64,000 nucleotides of DNA from a virus (Duplodnaviria; Caudoviricetes). Shown piece by piece: positions 56,364-64,000 of the stretch. The position numbers and the translations under genes are program-made. How positions within the stretch are numbered: the first letter of the stretch is position 1; each line of letters opens with the position of its first letter. Below the pieces are notes generated by a model. That model saw nothing but the letters and a program-made list of their open reading frames with translations. It did no database searches and had not been told where the DNA came from. The stretch covers positions 1-64,000 of IMG/VR virus record IMGVR_UViG_3300009671_000009, one strand, 5' to 3'.

Positions 56364-58055
56364 ATGGAACAAATTTGGGATCTTGCAACCAAAATTCTTC
56401 GCAAGGCAGAGCCCAATATACGCAACACTGACAAAGGAATACAAGCATTGCGAGACCTCTGGTTTAATAACAAGAACTGGATGTTTCCATATCTCGATAG
56501 CAATTATCGAATGACTATTGATATTCAGGGCAGCTTCAATAAAGAAGATTTAGAATCTGCAATGTCAGAAGCAATGCGCATGGCCTACAGATTGTCACAA
56601 AAAGAGCGGTATTATACTGTATTATTACAAGACCATGGCGAGAACGCAGTAAGATTTTTAAGACACTTCTTAAATGAAAGGCTTAGTCAAGACGAAGTGC
56701 TTGATAACAAGCTCATCGATAAGAAAGACGATCCCAATCGCGAAGGCAAGTTCTTACCAGCTGGCACCAAAGTATCGAAGTATCTTGCTTCGTACATAGT
56801 TAATACTCCCAAACTGTTTAATCGAGGAGAAATACTCTCGATATATGGAATCGCCAATGCTGGAATAGTGATCGATTTTATGGTAGATCTTTATTCCCAG
56901 GTTATTTCTATCCTGCGCAAGGGCAATGACACTGTGGCTATTTCAGCTAACCCTGTAGATATTATTCTTGCTAGCAGTCATACTCACAACTGGAGAAGTT
57001 GCCATAGAATATTCGGCGGTGAGTATCGTACAGGCCCGCTTGCATATCTTTGTGACGAGGTATCGCTTATTGCTTTTGCGTATCGCACAATTGATAAAAT
57101 AGATTGTCTTGATGCTGTATGGCCACGCAAATTGTGGAGACAAATGATATTCCTAGACAAGATAGGACTTAGTGCCTTCTTTAGCAGAGAATATCCTAAC
57201 GCTAGTGGAGCCTATGCCCGCGCCGTTAGAGGCCTTGGTGCAATGTTGCTATCCAAACATGGCAACACCGAATATAAATGGAAATACAAATGTATAGGAA
57301 GAGACGATTGTGATTTTGATGATCCTAACGATAGCGGTATGCACGACATGTGGCTTGGAGAAAGCCCATGGCACTATCGAGATAGACCCACAAGCGCTAT
57401 TAGGATGTTGCCAGATGGAAAATACCCCAGAGTACAGCCAGGCATAGAAGAACTGCCCTGCTGTGCTTGTGGATTGATCCGCGATGAAACAGTTACAAGC
57501 GAATTAGTTTGTGAAGATTGTAATCCAAGATTACATTGCTATTACTGCGGAGAGCCAGTTGACGAATCAGATTGTCGCTCCGATAACGAAGGTCTATACT
57601 ACTGCATGGACTGTTGGGATAGACATTTTTTCCAATGTAGCTGTTGCGGTCAGTACCGTCGCAAAGACGAATCAATTCACATCACAGATAGATCAGAAAA
57701 TGTATGTCTATCTTGTGTTGCCAAGTTCTTCACACAATGTGACTGTTGCGGAGATTACTATCGGAATTCCGACGTAGCAACATTAGTAAACGGATACAAG
57801 TATTGTGAGCATTGTATTGATAAACATGCGTTCTACTGTGAAGTCTGTAACGAATATTATCCTGAGACTGAACAGAAAAATGTTACATCCGATTGCTACA
57901 CCTACTGCTCATCTTGTGAATCGAGAATTTCCAAATGTAGTGAGTGCAACCTGGCATTCCGTTATGACTATGCAATGATTGACGGAATGTGTGGGGTGTG
58001 TATCACAGAGAAAGCAAATAAAGAAGAGATAGGTGTGATTACAATTGAAGTTTAG
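56364..58055 (+). CDS. hypothetical protein with C-terminal CxxC repeats (paralog of 48190)
   Basis: motifs shared with 48190; many CxxC repeats. Confidence 0.8.
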   Translation: MEQIWDLATKILRKAEPNIRNTDKGIQALRDLWFNNKNWMFPYLDSNYRMTIDIQGSFNKEDLESAMSEAMRMAYRLSQKERYYTVLLQDHGENAVRFLRHFLNERLSQDEVLDNKLIDKKDDPNREGKFLPAGTKVSKYLASYIVNTPKLFNRGEILSIYGIANAGIVIDFMVDLYSQVISILRKGNDTVAISANPVDIILASSHTHNWRSCHRIFGGEYRTGPLAYLCDEVSLIAFAYRTIDKIDCLDAVWPRKLWRQMIFLDKIGLSAFFSREYPNASGAYARAVRGLGAMLLSKHGNTEYKWKYKCIGRDDCDFDDPNDSGMHDMWLGESPWHYRDRPTSAIRMLPDGKYPRVQPGIEELPCCACGLIRDETVTSELVCEDCNPRLHCYYCGEPVDESDCRSDNEGLYYCMDCWDRHFFQCSCCGQYRRKDESIHITDRSENVCLSCVAKFFTQCDCCGDYYRNSDVATLVNGYKYCEHCIDKHAFYCEVCNEYYPETEQKNVTSDCYTYCSSCESRISKCSECNLAFRYDYAMIDGMCGVCITEKANKEEIGVITIEV

Positions 58056-59388
58056 GTATATGAATATTTTCCGCGAGACAGCAGAGAATCTTCTATACTT
58101 GACACTACCACTACATCTGATGGAGCTGGGATATAAGATACACGAGGGGCAGACATATTTGTATGCCCCTGGTGAAATTCCAGTATGTCTACTAGCTCAT
58201 GTCGATGTAGTGCATAAACGTGTCGAGCCAGAGATTTTCTTTGATAGTAAGAAAGGAGTTCTATGGAGCCCTGACGGCATAGGAGGAGACGACCGAGCAG
58301 GAGTAGCAGGGATTATGGAGCTACTTAATCGAGGCTATAAACCTCACGTACTGTTCTTGGACTATGAGGAAACTGGTTGCGTCGGAGCTATGGACGCAGC
58401 TAAAGAACTAAAGGCTCCCGAAGTAAACTGCTTAATTGAACTTGACAGAAAAGGTCATGTTGATGCTTGCTTCTACGATCTCGATAATAAAAAATTTGAA
58501 AAGTATGTTGAGAGTTTTGGATTCAAGTACGAATGGGGCATCTACACGGACATTTGCGAGATCTGTCCGACCTGGGGTATTGCAGGTGTTAATCTATCTA
58601 TTGGATATTACAACCCTCATACTAATGAGGAGTTTGTGCGACTCAATGAATGGTTGGATACTGTAAACAAGGTAGAAAAAATCTTAAAGAGACCACCGCA
58701 GCATGTTTATAAGTATACTGCAAAACGCTGGGGCAAATACGATTACGACTATGGTTATAACAACTATGGTTACTGGCAGAATGGTCAGTTTCATAGATAT
58801 AACGATTACTATGATGATCACTATAGTCATTGCCAACCAATTACTACTGCCAATACTCAGTTCAATAAGTCTAACCCACAAACGTATGGATCTTCTGGGT
58901 TAAGCAGTGCAGACCGAGAGAAGCTCTTGAGAGCGTGTGGTGAATACGCAGTAAAGCCTAAGACCGAGGCAACAGCAAGTGGAGGAAAATCTACTGCTCT
59001 TGCGAAGGCTGGGCCAGTGCCGAAGTACAAGTATAACAACGATCCAGACAGTCCCCACTACGGCTGTAGAGAATACTATGAAGACAATTTCATTGATCTA
59101 CCAGAAGAACCCGAATTAGAAGTTGAAGGTTCTAGAGTATATAGCGGATCTGTTTCTAAGTACGGACACAATGGATATGTTGAAAAAGAATTTACACTCA
59201 TAGTAACCCTTGCTGCTTCTCATCTAACATCAATATATGGTGGATCAACACTGAAGTGGGCTGAGTGGCTTACTAACAGAATAAGAAGAATTGAAACCAC
59301 AACCCAAGACAAAGTGTTTTCGATCATAGATGAAATGATCATGGAAGATTACAACTACGTATTTACAAATATAATTACAGTGAAATAA
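58045..59388 (+). CDS. M28/M20-like zinc peptidase with low-complexity tail
   Basis: AHVDVVH, GGDDRAG, EETG..GA, ELDRKG, NLSIGYYNPHT. Confidence 0.8.
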   Translation: MKFRYMNIFRETAENLLYLTLPLHLMELGYKIHEGQTYLYAPGEIPVCLLAHVDVVHKRVEPEIFFDSKKGVLWSPDGIGGDDRAGVAGIMELLNRGYKPHVLFLDYEETGCVGAMDAAKELKAPEVNCLIELDRKGHVDACFYDLDNKKFEKYVESFGFKYEWGIYTDICEICPTWGIAGVNLSIGYYNPHTNEEFVRLNEWLDTVNKVEKILKRPPQHVYKYTAKRWGKYDYDYGYNNYGYWQNGQFHRYNDYYDDHYSHCQPITTANTQFNKSNPQTYGSSGLSSADREKLLRACGEYAVKPKTEATASGGKSTALAKAGPVPKYKYNNDPDSPHYGCREYYEDNFIDLPEEPELEVEGSRVYSGSVSKYGHNGYVEKEFTLIVTLAASHLTSIYGGSTLKWAEWLTNRIRRIETTTQDKVFSIIDEMIMEDYNYVFTNIITVK

Positions 59389-59398
59389 ATCCACGGAG

Positions 59399-59878
59399 GT
59401 GGCCTTGGTGCCTAAGCCAAAGAAATTCAGATACGAACGCAAAGAAATATACACCGTTGAAGCTGTATTGAGTAAAGTTTTATTTAAATCTAAGCTTCCC
59501 AAGGGTGCAAGCACCAAGGTTAACTTCGATGGCGACCTTGTAAGAATGACATCGACGATGTACCAGAACTTTCTTGTTCATGGTACTAAATGTGTTCGAT
59601 GTGGAGTAGAAGGAAAATTCTTTGCCAAAGAGCGTAGTCCTAGAGACAAATCATATCACTTCAACCTCTACGGCTTTGACGAAAATGGCAGAGAATTAAT
59701 GATGACTCGGGATCACATAATTCCAAGATCCCGAGGCGGCAGCGATCATCTTTCAAACCTACAACCTATGTGCGAAAGATGTAACTCCGCCAAAGGAAAT
59801 GTGTTGGAGGAGGAGATACTAAGTGTCACAGCTTATTGTGGAGATCTGCAAGATTCAGAATCTCTCGAAGCATCCTAA
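59399..59878 (+). CDS. HNH endonuclease
   Basis: TRDHIIPRSRGGSD.LSNLQPMCERCN. Confidence 0.88.
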   Translation: MALVPKPKKFRYERKEIYTVEAVLSKVLFKSKLPKGASTKVNFDGDLVRMTSTMYQNFLVHGTKCVRCGVEGKFFAKERSPRDKSYHFNLYGFDENGRELMMTRDHIIPRSRGGSDHLSNLQPMCERCNSAKGNVLEEEILSVTAYCGDLQDSESLEAS

Positions 59879-59943
59879 TTTCTTTTAACTAGTCTGCAAT
59901 CGGTTGTTGTGTACCTAATATAATAGTATTAGGTGATACAACA

Positions 59944-60468
59944 ATGTATGATAAAGATGATTTTATTATTAGAGAATTCCCAGGTAGCAAAAGAAAACTC
60001 TACAGAGTTATATGTGATATATGTGGAGAAAAACAAGGATATTCATATCCAAGTTCAAAATTTAACTATTGCAAGAAGTGTCAATATGCAAAACTTTCTC
60101 AACAGTTTTCACGAGAAAAAATAGTAGGATTCTGTGAAGTATGCGGCACTAAAATAGAAAGATCTAAAAGCCAATGGGATCGTGCCAAACACCATGTATG
60201 TAGTAACAGTTGTCTAGGTATTTTTAGGCGAAAAGACATAACACAAGTTTCTAGAAGTCATTTAAGAATAAAAATGCTCCAATCAGGAATCCAACCTGCA
60301 TGTGTTATTTGCGGACATGATCATATATGGAATCTACAAGTACACCATAAGCAATTTGTTTGCATGGAAGGTGCTAATAAATTAGATAACCTTCAGTGGA
60401 TGTGTAAAAATTGCCACGGGGATTTGCATTATATGGAAGGAGAAGATACTGAAGAATGTCAAAACTAA
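59944..60468 (+). CDS. HNH endonuclease with zinc fingers
   Basis: LQVHHK....G.N.LDNLQWMCKNCH. Confidence 0.85.
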   Translation: MYDKDDFIIREFPGSKRKLYRVICDICGEKQGYSYPSSKFNYCKKCQYAKLSQQFSREKIVGFCEVCGTKIERSKSQWDRAKHHVCSNSCLGIFRRKDITQVSRSHLRIKMLQSGIQPACVICGHDHIWNLQVHHKQFVCMEGANKLDNLQWMCKNCHGDLHYMEGEDTEECQN

Positions 60469-61577
60469 TTGTTGAAATTGTCAGAATGAAATCTATGGAA
60501 AAGATTCCTACTGCTGATACTCTTTTAATTACTCAAGTAAAAGGCTGGTATTGTATCCTCAAAGATGATGGTACAATTAAGGATGGGGATCTTGCAGTAT
60601 ACATACCTATCGATTCAATCGTCCCTAACGAATTAGCTGACAAGTACAATCTCGAATACCTTAAAAATGGCAGTCGAGTTCGTACAGTCAAGCTCAGAGG
60701 CTACATAAGTCAGGGACTTGTTCTTCCTATTGATTGTCTCCCCGATGGAGACTGGAAAGAGGGCGACGATGTAGCTGAAGTTCTTGGTATTAAGAAATGG
60801 GAACCACCCAGTGCTGCTTGGCAACAGCCAGCAGCTAAGGGTAAGCGCACACGGAGCATGAAGAACAATCCCAATCCAGACTTTCGTAAATACACAGATA
60901 TTGACAATATCAAAAACTATCCAGGTATTTTCAATGAAGGTGACGAAGTTGTAGTCACAGAAAAGATACACGGTACGAATTTCAGAGTAGCGTACATAAA
61001 AAGATATACCAAAGGGGTATGGAGCAAGATTATATCTTGGCTCCTAGGAAAATACCAATTCCTAGTAGGTTCACACAATGTTCAGATCGGAGAAGGTCGT
61101 GAATGTGCATTTTATGGCGCTGACGTGTATAGCAAAATTGCTAAGCGGTATAAGCTGTACGACGTCATGAAAGAAAACCCTGGCTGTGAACTCTTCGGTG
61201 AAATCTACGGAGTTGACAGCGATACAGGGGCTAAGATCCAAGACCTTACATACGGAAAACCCGAACTTGACGTTGTATTTTTTGATCTTATCAAGGATGG
61301 ACAGTATGTGCCATTCGATGAGTTCATGAACTTCTGCAATCGATACAGCTTACCCACTGTGCCACTGCTATTCAGAGGGATTTTGACCCAAGGTATCATA
61401 GAAGCCTGTACTGCAGGCGAATCAGTGCTGGCCAACATTAATGGCGCTAAACAAATTCGTGAGGGAGCTGTTGTTAAGGATCCACTGGAGACCAGTCATC
61501 CAAGACTGGGTCGTAAGATACTTAAATCAATTAGCGAAGATTACCTATTACGTAAAGACGGTACTGAAAATCACTGA
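60456..61577 (+). CDS. RNA ligase, DRB0094/Rnl2-like family
   Basis: N-terminal OB fold (IP.AD, LRG.ISQGL); EKIHGTN, GEIYG, FFD, REGAVVK, KSISEDYL. Confidence 0.9.
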   Translation: MSKLIVEIVRMKSMEKIPTADTLLITQVKGWYCILKDDGTIKDGDLAVYIPIDSIVPNELADKYNLEYLKNGSRVRTVKLRGYISQGLVLPIDCLPDGDWKEGDDVAEVLGIKKWEPPSAAWQQPAAKGKRTRSMKNNPNPDFRKYTDIDNIKNYPGIFNEGDEVVVTEKIHGTNFRVAYIKRYTKGVWSKIISWLLGKYQFLVGSHNVQIGEGRECAFYGADVYSKIAKRYKLYDVMKENPGCELFGEIYGVDSDTGAKIQDLTYGKPELDVVFFDLIKDGQYVPFDEFMNFCNRYSLPTVPLLFRGILTQGIIEACTAGESVLANINGAKQIREGAVVKDPLETSHPRLGRKILKSISEDYLLRKDGTENH

Positions 61578-61588
61578 GGTGTTTATAG

Positions 61589-62482
61589 TTGGAATCAATT
61601 TTAAAGCCGATGTTGGCTGATAAACTAACCAAGGATGGCGTTATCTTATGGAACGCCATCCGTTATCCTTTACTGGCAACTCCAAAACTTGACGGCATTA
61701 GATGTTTAAAAATTAACGGACGATGTGTATCGCGTAAGTTTAAACCTATTCCTAATGTCTATGTAAGAAAGTTCATAGAACAATACTACCCAGATAATGT
61801 AGATGGCGAGCTAATGGTGCATGGTGCAACATTTAGCCAAACTTCATCTGCCATCATGAGTCGTGATGGTCAACCAGATTTCTATTTCTGTGTGTTTGAT
61901 TGGGTTAGAGACTCTCTAAAAAAGCCCTATAGCCAACGTATGGAAGATCTACAGACTTTATCAGAGTTGCCAAAAATAAGCTTGCTCTTGCCAACGTTGA
62001 TCGAAAACGAAACTCAGCTTCTTGAATACGAAGAGCGTTGTTTGGATGTGGGATATGAAGGAGTTATGCTTCGTGATCCATATGGGCCATACAAATGCGG
62101 GCGTAGCACAGTAAAACAATTCTATCTTGTTAAACTCAAAAGATTTGAAGACAGCGAAGCAGAAATCATCGGCTTTGAAGAAAAGATGCACAATCTAAAC
62201 GAAGCTAAAGTCGATGAACTTGGTCATACCAAACGAAGCTCCCACAAAGAAAACTTGGTTCCTGCTGGTACATTAGGCAAACTAATAGTCCGCGATATAC
62301 ACCATCCAGAATGGGTACTAGGCATTGGAACAGGTTTTGATGCAAAGCTTGCCAAAGAAATTTGGGATCATCGAGATGAGTGGTCACATCAGATAATCAA
62401 ATATTCATATCAGCTGGCAGGGATGAAAGACCTGCCAAGATTCCCTTCATTTGAAGGAAAGAGAAGTAAGGATGATATGTAA
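61589..62482 (+). CDS. ATP-dependent DNA ligase
   Basis: PKLDGIRC, DGEL, GYEGVMLR, KLK.FED.E, PRFP. Confidence 0.92.
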   Translation: MESILKPMLADKLTKDGVILWNAIRYPLLATPKLDGIRCLKINGRCVSRKFKPIPNVYVRKFIEQYYPDNVDGELMVHGATFSQTSSAIMSRDGQPDFYFCVFDWVRDSLKKPYSQRMEDLQTLSELPKISLLLPTLIENETQLLEYEERCLDVGYEGVMLRDPYGPYKCGRSTVKQFYLVKLKRFEDSEAEIIGFEEKMHNLNEAKVDELGHTKRSSHKENLVPAGTLGKLIVRDIHHPEWVLGIGTGFDAKLAKEIWDHRDEWSHQIIKYSYQLAGMKDLPRFPSFEGKRSKDDM

Positions 62483-62685
62483 TGGATAAAACATTAGTTA
62501 AGTTTTTAAAAATGTTATTTAACATTTCCATAGCCATATTTGTACTATTCGCTACACCCCTGGCCTTCGAATCAATTATATGTATATTATCGGATAATGT
62601 ACTGACTGGAATCGGAGCAGCGTTAGGAATATTAGCTGACGCACTTGCCTTAGTTTGGTTTGTTACAATGGGTCAAACCCATTGA
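62482..62685 (+). CDS. small membrane protein
   Basis: two hydrophobic helices. Confidence 0.5.
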   Translation: MDKTLVKFLKMLFNISIAIFVLFATPLAFESIICILSDNVLTGIGAALGILADALALVWFVTMGQTH

Positions 62686-62710
62686 CATTTTCACCATGAT
62701 TTGTTATAAT
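62682..62710 (+). promoter_or_regulatory. sigma-A/70 promoter
   Basis: TTGACA-17-TATAAT, extended TG. Confidence 0.85.
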
Positions 62711-62734
62711 GTATAATACATGGAGGAAGTAAAC

Positions 62735-62809
62735 AGGAGGGTCGTCTAGCGGCTAGGATAAGGGTCTCCAAAGCCTTTGACTTCGGTTCGAGTCCGAACT
62801 CTCCTGCCA
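62735..62809 (+). tRNA. tRNA-Trp(CCA)
   Basis: AGGGT-CTCCAAA-GCCTT; G-CCA. Confidence 0.9.
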
Positions 62810-63034
62810 TATAGAAAGAAAGAAGGATCCAATATTCAGTACATATTATACATCCTAAGATGGGCACTGTTGGCATATCCTGGAGCTAAGCTTATTGAGT
62901 TCCTAGATACCAAATGGAAATGGCTTAGTAAACAGTCATTCAAAGTTAAGATGATTGTAACACAGGCAATACTTGGTGCTCTTGTGTATTGGGTAGACCT
63001 AGTTATATTTTCATATATCTAGAGGTGATCTTCA

Positions 63035-63634
63035 ATGAAAGTAGTAGCCATAGCAGGCGGGATATCCTCTGGCAAATCCATGGTGTGCAGCACTATCGAA
63101 CAACTAGGCGGCTATTTCGTTGGTGTTGATGGGTTGTCCAAAAATCTTATGGATCCCCATTCGAGTCCTTCTTGTTTTGATCAAGTGGTCAAAGAATTCG
63201 GCAAAGAGATTCTAAATAATAACAAGATAGACAAATGCCGATTAGGCCAAGTGCTTTTTAAAACAAACGGCTTTAATAGAATTAAGAGGATAATAATGCC
63301 GAGTTTGTTTGAGATCGTATCCAATGAAATAGAACAATGCCGTTCACGCAATTATCAATACGTGTTTGTGGAAGTTCCACTTACGTATCTGACAGAACTC
63401 AGTTCACTATTTGACGAGATAGTACTGGTTGTAACAACAAGACAGGTCGAGAGAGTTATGAAAGACGAGAAGATATCAGAGAAAGAAGCAATCGCGATAG
63501 TTAACTCTCTAGGAGTTGCTGAAGATTATTTAAACCTTGCAACAAGGACTATAACCAACGAAAATGGGATAGACGATCTCAAGGATCAAGTCAATGAATT
63601 ACTTAAACAATTAGGGTGGTCAGATGTTTATTAA
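63035..63634 (+). CDS. coaE: dephospho-CoA kinase
   Basis: IAGGISSGKS, EFG..IL....ID...LG..LF, EVPL. Confidence 0.8.
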   Translation: MKVVAIAGGISSGKSMVCSTIEQLGGYFVGVDGLSKNLMDPHSSPSCFDQVVKEFGKEILNNNKIDKCRLGQVLFKTNGFNRIKRIIMPSLFEIVSNEIEQCRSRNYQYVFVEVPLTYLTELSSLFDEIVLVVTTRQVERVMKDEKISEKEAIAIVNSLGVAEDYLNLATRTITNENGIDDLKDQVNELLKQLGWSDVY

Positions 63635-64000
63635 CCTGCATAACCACAGTGCCCAAGGAAGTTTATTAGATGGATTAAGCCGTGTTAAAGAACTGGCAAG
63701 CCGAGCTAAAGAGCTTGGTCAACCAGCTGTCGCGCTGACAGAACATGGAAGTTTATATAGCATGCTTAAGTTTTACAAGGCATGCAAAGAAACAGAAATC
63801 AAACCTATCCTGGGTTGTGAAGTATATGTCTGTGAAGACAGAACATATAAAGAAAGAGATGTTCTTAACCAGTACTTTCATTTGGTACTACTGGCCAAGA
63901 ACGAAAAAGGATTAGAGAACTTAATAAAAATCGTATCAGATGCAAGTCTGACAGGGTTCTACCAGAAACCTAGAACTGATTTCGCTTTCATGAAACAGCA
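63624..64000 (+). CDS. dnaE: DNA polymerase III alpha subunit, PHP domain (runs off the window)
   Basis: LHNHS..SLLDG, A.ALTEHG, IKPILGCEVY, HLVLLAKNEKG..NL. Confidence 0.92.
   Translation, partial: MFINLHNHSAQGSLLDGLSRVKELASRAKELGQPAVALTEHGSLYSMLKFYKACKETEIKPILGCEVYVCEDRTYKERDVLNQYFHLVLLAKNEKGLENLIKIVSDASLTGFYQKPRTDFAFMKQ

Overview
A 64-kb segment of a large phage or phage-plasmid, almost entirely coded on the + strand. The host is probably a Firmicutes-type bacterium (sigma-A promoters, strong AGGAGG ribosome-binding sites), possibly a diderm one given an outer-membrane-type beta-barrel gene. 1-23 kb: small, mostly hypothetical genes plus an SLT transglycosylase, two RNase H, NADAR, DUF488 and DUF1848. 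23.8-39 kb: an RNA island with about 12 tRNA genes (several with odd architectures), HNH endonucleases and relics, a CCA-adding enzyme, several structured ncRNAs and a Ro60/TROVE (Rsr) gene. 39-64 kb: intein-containing SNF2 helicase, ParM/ParR, a J-domain/vWA/PurA-like trio, a peptidase, RNA ligase, DNA ligase, CoaE, the start of DnaE and four more tRNAs. The main find is a promoter-driven tandem array (32325-33931) just upstream of the Ro60 gene. It holds ten Y-RNA-like scaffolds (GAGGCG-N11-TACTTC ... TTT(T)CCTC, covarying stems), each with a different cargo: circularly permuted tRNAs opened at different positions, bare anticodon stem-loops, or a pseudoknotted RNA. Other candidates are two -1 frameshifts, a tRNA split by an HNH gene plus a nested tRNA, and a tRNA-Glu family with expanded loops. 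All calls come from reading the sequence by eye; no database searches or folding programs were run.
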